DNA from: an uncultured bacterium
Lineage (GTDB): Bacteria > Myxococcota_A > Polyangia > Polyangiales > Houyiibacteriaceae
Assembly: GCA_938024995.1 (NCBI GenBank)
Contig: CALJDU010000036.1
Span: 17,520 to 81,519, forward strand
DNA: 64,000 nt
Direction: 5' to 3'
Shown here: in pieces, positions 34,756 through 44,887 of the stretch
Position numbering within the stretch: position 1 is the first letter of the stretch
Layout: each line of letters begins with the position of its first letter
Translations under genes and position numbers: made by a program
Notes under the pieces: model-generated
Told to the model about the DNA's origin: nothing
The model's database searches: none
The model's input: only the letters and a program-made list of their open reading frames with translations

Positions 34756-36102
34756 ATGACCACCTACGATTTTGATCTCTTGGTAATCGGCGCCGGCTCC
34801 GCAGGGATCCGCGCGTCTCGAATCGCGGGAGGCTTCGGCGCGCGGGTCGCCGTGTGCGAGGACGGACCGCTCGGCGGAACCTGCGTCAACGTGGGCTGCG
34901 TCCCGAAGAAGCTCTACGTGTACGGCGCGTCTTACCAAGCAGACCTCGCGGACGCCGCGGGTTACGGCTGGAAGACCTCGGGGACGTTCGATTGGAGCGT
35001 TCTAAAGAAGAACAAAGACAGCGAGATCGCGCGACTCAACGGGATCTACGGTGGCGTGATCTCCCGCGCTGGCGTGGAGCTCATTCGGGGCCGCGGCGTG
35101 ATGGTCGATCCGCACACGGTCGCGATTGATGGCAAGAAGGTGACCGCCGAGAAGATCGTGGTCGCGGTGGGCGGCGCGCCGTACTCCCCAGGTGGGGTGT
35201 TCGACGCGGCGAAGAACTCGGACGACGTCTTCGCGTTGCAGACGCTGCCGGATCGCGTGGTCGTCGCGGGCGGTGGTTACATCGCGGTCGAGCTCGCGAT
35301 GGTGTTCGCCGGGCTGGGCGCGGACGTCACGCTGGTTCACCGAGGCGCCCAGGTCCTGCGCGGGTTCGATCAGGATCTGCGCGCGCACTTCGCGGAGGTG
35401 CTTACCGCCCGCGGCGTGAAGACAAAGATGGAGACGACGATCAAGCGAGCGGACGTTCGCGGCGGCGTCACCGAGCTCGGCCTGAGCAACGGTGAAGAGC
35501 TGCGCGCCGACTTTTTCCTCGCGGCGATCGGGCGACGTCCGAAGACGCGCGGGCTCGGGCTCGCGGAGGCCGGCGTCGAGGTCAACGGGAAGGGCGCGGT
35601 ACAGGTCAACGACGACTTCCAGACGAGCGCTCCGTCGGTCTACGCTTTCGGCGACGTCATCTCGAAGTTCGAGCTCACCCCCGTCGCGCTCGCGGAGGGG
35701 ATGGCGTTCGCCAAGACGCACTTCGGCGGGCAGCCGACCACGGTGGACTACACGAACATCCCGACGACGGTGTTCTCGCAGCCACCGCTCGGGACCGTGG
35801 GGCTCTCGGAGGAAGCGGCGCGCGCGAACGGTCCGGTTCGCGTTTACCGCAGCGTCTTCCGCCCGATGAAGAACACGATGAGCGGACGCCAAGAGCGCAC
35901 CCTCATGAAGCTCGTCGTCAGCGATGTCGACGATCGCGTCGTCGGTTGCCACATGATTGGGCCCGACGCGGGAGAGATCATCCAGGGCCTCGCGGTCGCG
36001 CTGAAGTGCGGCGCGACCAAGGCGCAGTTCGACAGCACGATCGGGATCCACCCGACCGCCGCGGAAGAGTTCGTGACGATGCGAACGCCCGTCGCCGACT
36101 GA
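34756..36102 (+). CDS. gor: glutathione-disulfide reductase (class I pyridine nucleotide-disulfide oxidoreductase)
   Basis: MTTYDFDLLVIGAGSAGIRA.., redox centre GGTCVNVGCVPKK, C-terminal ..IGIHPTAAEEFVTM. Confidence 0.88.
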   Translation: MTTYDFDLLVIGAGSAGIRASRIAGGFGARVAVCEDGPLGGTCVNVGCVPKKLYVYGASYQADLADAAGYGWKTSGTFDWSVLKKNKDSEIARLNGIYGGVISRAGVELIRGRGVMVDPHTVAIDGKKVTAEKIVVAVGGAPYSPGGVFDAAKNSDDVFALQTLPDRVVVAGGGYIAVELAMVFAGLGADVTLVHRGAQVLRGFDQDLRAHFAEVLTARGVKTKMETTIKRADVRGGVTELGLSNGEELRADFFLAAIGRRPKTRGLGLAEAGVEVNGKGAVQVNDDFQTSAPSVYAFGDVISKFELTPVALAEGMAFAKTHFGGQPTTVDYTNIPTTVFSQPPLGTVGLSEEAARANGPVRVYRSVFRPMKNTMSGRQERTLMKLVVSDVDDRVVGCHMIGPDAGEIIQGLAVALKCGATKAQFDSTIGIHPTAAEEFVTMRTPVAD

Positions 36103-36223
36103 ACGCGCTCAGGAACCCGGGGCCGCTGCGAAGACGTTGAGATCCGCGCGCGATCGCGTTTGCGGCCGTGCTCACGGGCGCGGTACACGTTGCGCGGGGC
36201 TCGAGCAGAGCCGGGAGGACGAG

Positions 36224-38371
36224 ATGATTCGAGCGCTCACTTCATCAATGCTTTTCGCGTCGCTGGTTGTGCAGTCCGGGTGTGGCCCGGGAGTCACGGA
36301 CGCCGGAGAGCGAGGTGTGGCTTCGTCAGGAGAAGAGGTCGCGCGCGAACTCGTCGTTGAGTCTCCTCAGACCCCCGAGAGCGCCGAGGGGGAGCAGGCG
36401 AGCGCGGAGCAGGCGACCGCGGAGCCCACGACCGAAGACGCGCCAGCGACCCCTGACGTGCGGCTGATCCCGCAGTGGACGCACCGCGGTTACACGTCGC
36501 TCGCGTTTACGTCTTCCGGCGATCTTCTTGTGACGGACGAGATCGGCCACTTCTCCTGGGTCGACGGAGAGACTGGGCTCGTACGCTTCTCGACGCGAAT
36601 CGTCGCCGGCGAAGTTCACGCGGGTTTGCTCGCGAGCGGCGCGTTGGTCTCGGGGAGCGAAGGGACGCTCACGGTCCGTTCGCTCGATGGGGACCACAAA
36701 GTCGAGCGAGACGTTGGCTTCTTTATCGGGAACCTCGTCGTCGACCCAACCGGGACGCGCTTCGCGCTCCAGGGTGGCGATGACGAGCTTCACGTGTTCG
36801 GCGCAGACGAGGGCGCGATTCAGCGCATCAACACGACGACCGCCGACGGTGCCCTGAACTGGGCGACGCCGCGACGCATGCTCGTCCAGACGCGACGGGA
36901 GCTGGTCGTCCTTCGCGCGGGGAGCCTCGAGCGCGCTTGGGAGACCGTCGGGGAGCGGCACGTGGTCAGCCGAGATGGCCGAACCGTTTACGTGCAGAAA
37001 GGGCTCTTGCTTCAAGCGTTCTCGATGCGTGAAGGGAGCAAGCGCTGGGAGCGCGAGGTCGACTTCGCGGCGAATCGACTCGGGCTGAGCGATGACGGCA
37101 CGCAGGTCTTCCTCGCGAGCGATGAGCGCTCGAGGATCTTCCCCGCCAGCGGCGAAGGCGAGGTCACCGAGCTCGCCGCGAGTTTGGTGTCGCTCCAAGG
37201 GGACACGGGCGTCGGGATGAAGGAAGGGGACGCGGGCGTCTATCACCTACGTCGGGGAACGCGTCGGTCGTTGATCGCGCGGGGGGTGTCGCGCGGCATC
37301 GCGGGGCCGAACGGGCGCGTGGTGTTCACGACCGAGGAGCCCGACTTCGTCTACTGGAACGGGAGCGACGCGACGCGCTACGCCCCTGCGACCGAGCACA
37401 GCACTTGGTTCAGTGAGGTTGATGCGAACGGAAGCGGCGCGGTGTTCGGCGGGCGTTTCGGAATGGTCGCGGTCGACAAGAACGGGATGCGCGAGCTCGA
37501 GTGCCGGGGCGACCGCTTCTATGGCGTCTCGTGGGAACGCAAGGAGGTCTACGCGGGCCGCTATCGCTGCCATCTCGAGACCGGGCTGCGGCGCTCTCCG
37601 TTCGCGCGCGGCGGTCTTCGCTGGGCCAGTCCGGACGGTCGCTATCTATTGAGCAGCCGCGGGGTCTTATGGGATCAGGAGTCCGACACGCGGCGCAGCG
37701 TTCGCTTCGACCCGAACAGCGAGAGTGAGAGCGAGTCGTTCCTCTATTGCGACCCTGAGATGTGTTCGGCGGTCATCACGCTCGTCGGGAACCAGCTCAT
37801 CGCGGCGTATCGCGGACGGCTCGCGTCGATCGACGTTGAGACCGGTGACGTCACGGAGTACCCGCGCGCCACCATCAGCCCTGGCCAGGCGCCTCTCTTT
37901 GCGGTCTTCGACGAGCGAGAGGTTCGCGTGCTTCAGGATCTGACCGCGTCTCCGCTCACCACGATCGACGTCGTCGCGGAAGGCGCGTTCTTCCTCGGCG
38001 GGCGACTGGACGTCGAGGTGCGGGGAGGCTGGCGTAGCTTCAACGCCTACACGGGTGAGGAGGTCACGCGCGAAACGACGATTCCGCGTCGCGTGGCCGA
38101 GCCGTCGCGGGACGGTTGGCGGGTCTCGCACCGCGACGGCGTGGTGGTGACGAACCCTGCGGGCGAACGCCTCATCCTCCGCTCGCTCCGGACCCGTCCG
38201 GTGTTCAACTTCGCGGCGAGCCCCGAGGGGCGATGGTGGTCGAACGCGCTCTACCCGCGTGATCGCGTGATCGCGGAGCGTAGAATCGCGCGACGAGACG
38301 CGAGCGGCGTGATGAGCGTGGTGGCGGCGGATGGCTACGACGAAGAGCTGCTCGCGGGCTTCTTCCAGTAG
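36224..38371 (+). CDS. large lipoprotein of unknown function, possibly repeat or propeller-like
   Basis: GGGAGGA Shine-Dalgarno sequence 6 nt before ATG 36224. Lipobox VVQSGC. Coding-type GC3 bias throughout. Confidence 0.7.
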   Translation: MIRALTSSMLFASLVVQSGCGPGVTDAGERGVASSGEEVARELVVESPQTPESAEGEQASAEQATAEPTTEDAPATPDVRLIPQWTHRGYTSLAFTSSGDLLVTDEIGHFSWVDGETGLVRFSTRIVAGEVHAGLLASGALVSGSEGTLTVRSLDGDHKVERDVGFFIGNLVVDPTGTRFALQGGDDELHVFGADEGAIQRINTTTADGALNWATPRRMLVQTRRELVVLRAGSLERAWETVGERHVVSRDGRTVYVQKGLLLQAFSMREGSKRWEREVDFAANRLGLSDDGTQVFLASDERSRIFPASGEGEVTELAASLVSLQGDTGVGMKEGDAGVYHLRRGTRRSLIARGVSRGIAGPNGRVVFTTEEPDFVYWNGSDATRYAPATEHSTWFSEVDANGSGAVFGGRFGMVAVDKNGMRELECRGDRFYGVSWERKEVYAGRYRCHLETGLRRSPFARGGLRWASPDGRYLLSSRGVLWDQESDTRRSVRFDPNSESESESFLYCDPEMCSAVITLVGNQLIAAYRGRLASIDVETGDVTEYPRATISPGQAPLFAVFDEREVRVLQDLTASPLTTIDVVAEGAFFLGGRLDVEVRGGWRSFNAYTGEEVTRETTIPRRVAEPSRDGWRVSHRDGVVVTNPAGERLILRSLRTRPVFNFAASPEGRWWSNALYPRDRVIAERRIARRDASGVMSVVAADGYDEELLAGFFQ

Positions 38372-38452
38372 CCCCCAAAAAAGATCTCACGCCCAGGGGG
38401 TCGCTTTGCACTTACTCCCCGTCGCGACTGTTGCGATGGACTGGAGAAGAAG

Positions 38453-39568
38453 ATGCGAATGATTGGGTTGGCGTTGGCGATGGCCATCGCGGCGACGGGT
38501 TGCTGTTGGGAAGACGATTTTTGGGGGCATGACGACGGTCCTCCGCCTTTCGATCCGCATGATGACTGGGGGGACGGGGGACCTTCGCCCGATGAATATC
38601 TCGGTGAGTTCACGTCGATCTCGGTCTGCTGTGATATCGCGGTGCGCGTCGAGGAAGGTCGCGAACACACGATTCGAGTCGACGGATCTTCGCGGAGCCT
38701 CAGCGTCGACGTTGACTCCGGCCGTTTGGTCTTGAGCAGGAGCGGGTCGGGACGACTCCAGGTCCTCGTCACCGCGCCTCGCATTGACAGCATCGATGCC
38801 TCGGAAGACTGCGCGCTCCGCGTCGAAGCGCTGCGCGGTGAAGAGGTCGAGATTCTGCTCGCGGAAGACAGCAGCGCCTCTGTTGGCGAAGTTCACGGCG
38901 AAGACGTGCGGGTCGACGTTCGCGAAGACAGCCGTTTACGCCTGGGCGAGGTTCACGCGCGCGAACTAGAGCTCGAGGTGACCGAGGACAGCTCGCTGGA
39001 GGGAGACGTCGCGGTGGAGCGCCTCGAGACCGAGCTGACCGAGGACTCTCACATCGAGCTCCACGGAATCGTGGGACGCCTGCGCGCAGAGATCGAAGAA
39101 GACAGCGCGTTCGACGCGGGTCGGCTGCGCGCATGCACGGCGGAGGTCGGAGCGCAGGAAGACAGCTTCGCGGAGATTCACGTCGGCGGATCTGCGAGCA
39201 TTCGCGTCCAGGAGTCGAGCACGGTCATCGTTCGCGGCGACGCGGAGATCGACGCAGAGGTGACCGACGACAGCGCGCTTCGACGCGAGCGCGGCGACGG
39301 CGACTTCGCGTTCTGCGATGGGGACGCGGACTGGCGTGACTGGGGCGGCGACGACGACTGGGACGGTGACGACGACTGGGACGACGAGGACCCAGACGGT
39401 TCGGGTGACGACACCCCGCCTCCTCCCTTCGATCCCGGTGATGAGCCGGGCGATGATGAGCCGGCCGACGAGCCGAGCGACGAGCCGGGCGACGAACCAG
39501 GAGATGAGCCGGGCGACGGACACACCGACCCGGACGATCCGGAGTATTGCGAGGTGCCGGAGGAGTAG
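38453..39568 (+). CDS. lipoprotein with repeated 'EDS' beta-helix-like segments (DUF2807/GIN-like, tentative) and an acidic DEPG tail
   Basis: Lipobox IAATGC. About nine ~20-aa segments each containing EDS/DDS. C-terminal DEPGDDEPADEPSDEPGDEPGDEPGD. Confidence 0.7.
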   Translation: MRMIGLALAMAIAATGCCWEDDFWGHDDGPPPFDPHDDWGDGGPSPDEYLGEFTSISVCCDIAVRVEEGREHTIRVDGSSRSLSVDVDSGRLVLSRSGSGRLQVLVTAPRIDSIDASEDCALRVEALRGEEVEILLAEDSSASVGEVHGEDVRVDVREDSRLRLGEVHARELELEVTEDSSLEGDVAVERLETELTEDSHIELHGIVGRLRAEIEEDSAFDAGRLRACTAEVGAQEDSFAEIHVGGSASIRVQESSTVIVRGDAEIDAEVTDDSALRRERGDGDFAFCDGDADWRDWGGDDDWDGDDDWDDEDPDGSGDDTPPPPFDPGDEPGDDEPADEPSDEPGDEPGDEPGDGHTDPDDPEYCEVPEE

Positions 39569-39586
39569 CGGAACCACACCACTTCA

Positions 39587-39616
39587 AAGAGAGCTGCGCC
39601 TCGGCGCGGCTCTCTT
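39587..39616 (+). terminator. strong hairpin after the EDS-repeat gene
   Basis: AAGAGAGCTGCGCC-tc-GGCGCGGCTCTCTT, 14 bp including one G-U pair, 19 nt after the stop, followed by caatt. Confidence 0.6.
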
Positions 39617-39665
39617 CAATTCGGCGACGCTTGCGAGCGTGGCGCGGCGGTGCTTTGACGAGAAG

Positions 39666-40178
39666 ATGAAGAGCGACATCCATGTTCAGTTCGTTCACGG
39701 TCTCGAGGGGAGCCCGCACGGCAGAAAGGCCCGGGCGCTAGCGAACGCCTTCAGCACGACCTGTCTCGCGATGGGGTCGCCGCCTCGTTCGCTCCCCGCG
39801 CTCCGAGATCACTTCGAGAGCTCGGTCGCGCAACAGGTCGAAGAGGTCACGCGACGCAGACCCAGTGTCCTCGTCGGGTCGAGCTTCGGCGGAGCGATCG
39901 CGGCGGCTATGCTCGGGCGGGGTCACTACAGCGGTCCCGCGTTGTTGATCTGCCCGGCCGTCCAGCACTTCGTCCCAGAGGTGGACTTCGCGGGTGAAGG
40001 GATCATCATCGCCCACGGCCGCAACGACCTGATCATCCCATTCGCAGAGAGCGAAGCGCTCGCGCAGCGCACCGGCGCGCGCCTCTATGCGTGCGACGAC
40101 GGACACAGCATGAAGACGTTCGCGCAGACCGTGCTCGTCGAGATGGTCGGAGAGCTAGCCGCGCTCAGCGCGGAGTGA
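39666..40178 (+). CDS. small alpha/beta-hydrolase (YqiA/esterase-like)
   Basis: ATG 39666 gives MKSDIHVQFVHGLEGSPHG. Nucleophile elbow GSSFGG. ..HGRNDLIIP.. and ..DDGHSM.. supply the Asp/His positions. Confidence 0.75.
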   Translation: MKSDIHVQFVHGLEGSPHGRKARALANAFSTTCLAMGSPPRSLPALRDHFESSVAQQVEEVTRRRPSVLVGSSFGGAIAAAMLGRGHYSGPALLICPAVQHFVPEVDFAGEGIIIAHGRNDLIIPFAESEALAQRTGARLYACDDGHSMKTFAQTVLVEMVGELAALSAE

Positions 40179-41031
40179 TCTCGAACTCGACGTCGAGCGG
40201 ATCATGCCCGTTGTCGAGGACTAAGAAGAGGTCGGTTGGCTCGGTCGTGACGATCTCACCACTGAGCGTTATCGCGGAGTCGACCTCACTCGCGCGAACG
40301 ACTCGCTCGATTCCCGATGTCTCGCCGAAGCCGTAGACCGCGTTGAGCGCGACGATGATGTTGTTGCTCTCGCCGTCGGCGCGCGCGGCGTTCACCGTGA
40401 CGTCGAAGGTCCCGGCGGGAAGGGAGAGCGAGTACCACTGACGCTCACCTTCCTCGCCGTCTTCGGCGAGCTGAATGGTGGTCGCAGAGGGAGCCTCGAG
40501 CGGGAGGATCGACGGGCACGCGGTGAACCGCGGCGAAGGAACCGGTTCCCCGTTTTCGACCAACATCATCTGGTAATCCTCATCCGTGAAGAGCGGCTCC
40601 AAGCTGAGCAGCAGCTCTCCCTCGGTGTCGACCTCGAGGAACGCGCTGGCGCGCAGGTCGGGAGCGATCTCGTTCACGAAGAAGATGCGCGCACCGGAGA
40701 CCGTGTCACCGTCGCGAAGGTGAACCCCGACGTTCCGGTCGGCGCCATCGACCCGCGCGCTGTCCAATACGATGTGATAGAGGCCCGGCGTGACATCGAC
40801 GACCCAATAGTGCGCGGTGTCCTCTTCGAGTCGCCCACCGACCAGCTCGCCGATCGCGAACGGGGTCGGGTCGGTCACGTCTGTAGAGACCGCTTGGGGC
40901 GAGGCGGAGACGCTGCCGCATGGAGCGGTGGTCACGATGGCCGGGTTCTCGTCGGCTTCATCCTCAAAACAACCAAAGAGGGAGACGACGGCAACGGAAA
41001 GGAAGAGCACGAGCGACTGAGTCTGCTTCAT
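40165..41031 (-). CDS. lipoprotein of unknown function
   Basis: Lipobox VSLFGC. Two similar halves of about 110 aa containing ..Y..V.V..G.Y...L/V.. and ..ARVDGADRN.. / ..ARADGESNN... Confidence 0.7.
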   Translation of the reverse strand: MKQTQSLVLFLSVAVVSLFGCFEDEADENPAIVTTAPCGSVSASPQAVSTDVTDPTPFAIGELVGGRLEEDTAHYWVVDVTPGLYHIVLDSARVDGADRNVGVHLRDGDTVSGARIFFVNEIAPDLRASAFLEVDTEGELLLSLEPLFTDEDYQMMLVENGEPVPSPRFTACPSILPLEAPSATTIQLAEDGEEGERQWYSLSLPAGTFDVTVNAARADGESNNIIVALNAVYGFGETSGIERVVRASEVDSAITLSGEIVTTEPTDLFLVLDNGHDPLDVEFEITPR

Positions 41032-41100
41032 GGCACGAGCATAGGGACGGCTGTACCTCTTCTTAAGGTCCTTGTTTGAGGACGTGTCTCTCGGCCGCTA

Positions 41101-42549
41101 TTACTCGGCGCCGATGACCGAAATCGTGATCCCTGATGACCGGTGGGTCGCTTCCTCAAAGCGGCGCGCGGAGAACCCGTAGCGCGTGACGGTGCGCGAG
41201 ATTAGGGAGGTCGCGTCGATCGCGTTGCGCGGTCGACGTCGTCGATGGGAAACGCGGATTCCGGCGCTCGGAAACGCGCCGGCGAGCCAGCCTAGACGCG
41301 CGACGAGGTCGTCAATCTCTGGGGAGCGCTCCGCAATGTCGAACGACAAGATCGGTTCACCAGTGAAGGAAGGCGCAGCGCCATCGTCGCGATCTCGAGG
41401 TGGGTTCTGAAGGACCAGCTGGGTCACCGGAGACGTGTCGACCGGCATCTCCGGGCGAGGAGTCGTCAGCACGCCCAGGGCGCGCCACACACGCCAGGTG
41501 TCCGTGAAGAGCTGCTCCAGGGTGACGGGGTCGCGCCCGGTCAGCCCGAAGCGCGCGGTGTTGTCGCGAAGGTCGGAGAACTCGATCTGGCCTAGCCGGC
41601 GAACCAGCGTGACGGCGTCAGGAGAGGTGGGCATCGTCGCGACCGTGCGGGCGGCACCGGGAACATCGCGCTTGAGCGTCTCGACTCCCTTGAGCCAACC
41701 GGCGATGAAGCGCGCGATGACGGGTCCGTGTTCGGAGAGCAGTCCGTGCTGTGCAAAGGCGACATACGGGATCGCGCGCGTCGCGTCGGCGGTCGTGAGG
41801 ATCGGTCGAATGTCGTCCGCGACCGTTGCGCTGCGGTTGACCGCGTGAAGTCGGCGCCCACGTGCTCGTCGTGAGTCATCGGCCGCGCTGAGACGCGTGT
41901 CGCTGAGGTCCACCCCGACGGCCTCGGCGACGATCGCGGTCAGGAACATCTGAGGCGTTCCGTTTTCGCCCACGAAGACCGGCGCGTCGTCTGTGACGGG
42001 GTCGTTCGCCGCGGCGTAAATCGCGTGGCGCCCACGCGACCAACCCGAGACGAAGAACACCTCGGGCTGGAGCGCTTGGAGCTGCTCGAAGTGCGCAGCG
42101 AAGGTCGGGAGCGAGACGATCGCGATGTCAGCTCCGCGTTCATCCGCGCCCCCGCGCGCCATGAGCCGTTCCAGTTCGTCGACCGAGCCGACCGCGCGAA
42201 GATGGACCTGTTGTCCCGCGCCACCGAACTCCCCTTCATCGGTGGGCGCGGGACCCTCATTCGCCAACAGTCCTGGGGTGAGCAGATCCCAACCCGCCGC
42301 GGCGACGCGCAGGGGGCGGCCGAGTGACGGCGGGGCGTCCGCTGCACCGGTGTTCGCTGGGTCGTCCGCGGCATCGATAGCGCCTGCGTCAGCCACTCCA
42401 GCGTCGCTTGATTCGTCGCCCGACGTGTTCGCCGTTCCGGTCTCCGGTGCGGGCGGGACGTCTTCGTGGCCGCGGGTCACCATGAAGAAGCCAAAGGCGC
42501 TCCAGAGCGCGAGCAGAGATATCGTGACGGTCGCTTTTCGCATCACCAC
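41101..42549 (-). CDS. membrane-anchored periplasmic protein, possibly solute-binding-protein-like (tentative)
   Basis: N-terminal TM helix ISLLALWSAFGFFMV, low-complexity linker, then a ~380-aa globular part. Overlaps the protease gene stop by 7 nt. Confidence 0.6.
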   Translation of the reverse strand: MVMRKATVTISLLALWSAFGFFMVTRGHEDVPPAPETGTANTSGDESSDAGVADAGAIDAADDPANTGAADAPPSLGRPLRVAAAGWDLLTPGLLANEGPAPTDEGEFGGAGQQVHLRAVGSVDELERLMARGGADERGADIAIVSLPTFAAHFEQLQALQPEVFFVSGWSRGRHAIYAAANDPVTDDAPVFVGENGTPQMFLTAIVAEAVGVDLSDTRLSAADDSRRARGRRLHAVNRSATVADDIRPILTTADATRAIPYVAFAQHGLLSEHGPVIARFIAGWLKGVETLKRDVPGAARTVATMPTSPDAVTLVRRLGQIEFSDLRDNTARFGLTGRDPVTLEQLFTDTWRVWRALGVLTTPRPEMPVDTSPVTQLVLQNPPRDRDDGAAPSFTGEPILSFDIAERSPEIDDLVARLGWLAGAFPSAGIRVSHRRRRPRNAIDATSLISRTVTRYGFSARRFEEATHRSSGITISVIGAE

Positions 42550-43694
42550 GCTCCCGTGCCGTTCATGGGTCCACCGCCAACGCGCACCGCCTCGGGGTGC
42601 TCCTTGTCGATCAGCGCCTGCAGATCATCTGCGGGGACCGCGAGGTTGAGGTTCTGCGCGCGCGAGAAGCCGCTGCCGATCTGCGCGGTCGTGACGCCAA
42701 TCACGCGCCCGCGAAGATCAAAGAGGGGTCCGCCTGAGTTGCCAGGAGAGACCGGGACGCTCATCTGGATATAGCGCTTCCCTTGGTACACCCGACGCGA
42801 GGAGACGAGCCCGTCGGTCAGCGTGTGCTCAAGGCCGAGCGGGTTGCCGATCGAGATGGCCCGCTGCCCCACGCGGATCGCGTCCGCGTCCGCGAGCTGA
42901 GTCGGGGCGGGGAGGGCGGCGCCCACGATCCGGAGGAGCGCGAGGTCACGTTCCTCGTCGTGATCGATCAACCAGACTTCGGGGGCGAAGCTCCCTGACT
43001 TGAGCTTGACGTGGAGACTGATGGTCCCGCTCGCACCTTCGCGCGGAATCGAGCCAGCGACGACGTGGTGATTGGTCGCGATCAAACCATCATCGTTGAC
43101 GACGAACCCTGTGCCGCCACCCGCGCCGCCGGGGCCGGCCGCGAACTGGATCGAGACCACGGAGGGCGCCCACCGCTCGAAGATGACGTCGGGAGCGAGC
43201 TCCTGGCCTTCTTCTGCGACCTCCGGTGCCGGCGCGGTATCGGGGGGGCCTGCGTCGTTGGTCGCGTCGGCGGGGCCTGCGTCCGGCGTCTCGCCAACCG
43301 CGGGAACGGTCGACGGCGCTTTCGGTGCGTCCCCCGCGATCCAGTGTCCAACGCGCGCCGAGTTGGCGAAGCCATGATCGGAGAGCGCGCTCACCTCGCT
43401 CATGACCATCGGCCGCGTGAAAGAGATCCCGAGACCAAAGAAGAGCACCACGAAGAGCAACCACACGAGCGAGAGCGCGTCCGTCGGGAGCCCGCTTCCC
43501 TTTTGCGGATCGTCATCGGGGATCATCCGGTCAGCGATGAAGAGCGGCAGCGCGAACATCGCGACGATCGCGATCCCGGCCTTCGCCCACATGTTCTCGG
43601 TAAACGATCCCACGACGGCGCTCAGGCCAAAGAAGACGAGCGGCGCGCTCGCGAGGATCGTGAGTAGCTTGAGGGGCGTGTAAATCGCGCTCAT
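42543..43694 (-). CDS. membrane-anchored trypsin-like (S1C) serine protease without a PDZ domain
   Basis: Four N-terminal hydrophobic segments. Catalytic triad context: ATNHHVV, RDLALLRI, GNSGGPLFD. Confidence 0.85.
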   Translation of the reverse strand: MSAIYTPLKLLTILASAPLVFFGLSAVVGSFTENMWAKAGIAIVAMFALPLFIADRMIPDDDPQKGSGLPTDALSLVWLLFVVLFFGLGISFTRPMVMSEVSALSDHGFANSARVGHWIAGDAPKAPSTVPAVGETPDAGPADATNDAGPPDTAPAPEVAEEGQELAPDVIFERWAPSVVSIQFAAGPGGAGGGTGFVVNDDGLIATNHHVVAGSIPREGASGTISLHVKLKSGSFAPEVWLIDHDEERDLALLRIVGAALPAPTQLADADAIRVGQRAISIGNPLGLEHTLTDGLVSSRRVYQGKRYIQMSVPVSPGNSGGPLFDLRGRVIGVTTAQIGSGFSRAQNLNLAVPADDLQALIDKEHPEAVRVGGGPMNGTGAW

Positions 43695-43771
43695 GAAGTC
43701 ATCTCGCGAGAGCGACCATACCGTATGCAGCGTCCCGACGAGCGTCGGATCTCATGACGATCTCATGGCGG

Positions 43772-44887
43772 TCACGCGCCCTTAAAGGAGAGGATGGGGT
43801 GTAGTACGCGCGAGACACGCACGAGCTTCCGTTGCGCGCGGATCACCTTGCGAATGTCTTTGTAGGCGGCGGGCGCCTCTTCACGAAGTCGGTGGGCGAT
43901 TCGGCGATCGAAGAAGACCGTTTTTGTGTCTTCTTGAAACCGCTCCCGCGTCACGACGCGCCGCGCAGCGCTGCGGCTCAGGGCTCGACCCGCGCCATGT
44001 GAGGCGGAGCAAAACGATGGAGCGTGGGCGCGTCCGACGACGTGATAGCTGGCGGTCCCCATCGACCCGGGGATCACCCCTCGCTCACCTTGCGCCGCGG
44101 ACTGAGCGCCCTTGCGGTGAACGTAGAGGGAGAGCGCGTCATGCGTCTCCTGCTGAACGTGGTTGTGGTCAGAGGAGATTCGGTCGGGGGTGTCGACGTC
44201 GATCTGTAGGGTGTCGCGGATGATCTCGGTGAGTTCACCCGCGATGAGATCGCGATTGTGTTGGGCGTAACGCCGCGCGAACGCGACGTCATGGAGGTAC
44301 GCGCGTCCTTCGTCCGAGTCGGCCGAGAGCGCGCGGATTCCCGTTTTTGTCACGTTCGCGCGCTCGCGATGATGCGCGCGGATCACGCGCCCGAGAGAAC
44401 GCGATCCTGAGTGAATCATCGCGAAGAGCGCTCCGGCTTCATCACGTTGAAGCTCGACGAAGTGATTCCCGCGCCCAAGCGTGCCGAGCTGGACGCGACC
44501 ATCTCGTGACAACGCGCGGTCGAGCGCGGGATCGCTGAGCTCCGTTTCGAGCGATGATGGAAGGTCGCGCTTCGTGGCGTGTTTGCGGATCGGGACGCGT
44601 CGCTGCAGCGCGGTGAGAATCTCAAGCGCAGCAGACGAACCGAGAGAGAGGGGCTCCTCGGTCAGTCGGATCCCGGTCATCCCGCAGCCGATGTCGCCGC
44701 CGACCGCGTCGGGAAGGAGGAGGTCGTGGGTCGCCGTCACCACGCCGACGCACACGTCTTCGGAGAGATGAACGTCTGGCATCACCGCGACGCCATAGAC
44801 ACCCGCGGTGCGACGCAGCCGCCGGATCGCTCGCGCGACATCCGGCGGCAGCGCCTCCGCGAGGAACTCACGCTCACTGTGGTTCAT
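43772..44887 (-). CDS. rtcB: RtcB-family RNA 3'-phosphate ligase, short 371-aa form
   Basis: MPDVHLSEDVCVGVV, GGDIGCGM, GRGNHFVEL, IPGSMGTASY, SASHGAGR (nucleophile His). Confidence 0.9.
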   Translation of the reverse strand: MNHSEREFLAEALPPDVARAIRRLRRTAGVYGVAVMPDVHLSEDVCVGVVTATHDLLLPDAVGGDIGCGMTGIRLTEEPLSLGSSAALEILTALQRRVPIRKHATKRDLPSSLETELSDPALDRALSRDGRVQLGTLGRGNHFVELQRDEAGALFAMIHSGSRSLGRVIRAHHRERANVTKTGIRALSADSDEGRAYLHDVAFARRYAQHNRDLIAGELTEIIRDTLQIDVDTPDRISSDHNHVQQETHDALSLYVHRKGAQSAAQGERGVIPGSMGTASYHVVGRAHAPSFCSASHGAGRALSRSAARRVVTRERFQEDTKTVFFDRRIAHRLREEAPAAYKDIRKVIRAQRKLVRVSRVLHPILSFKGA

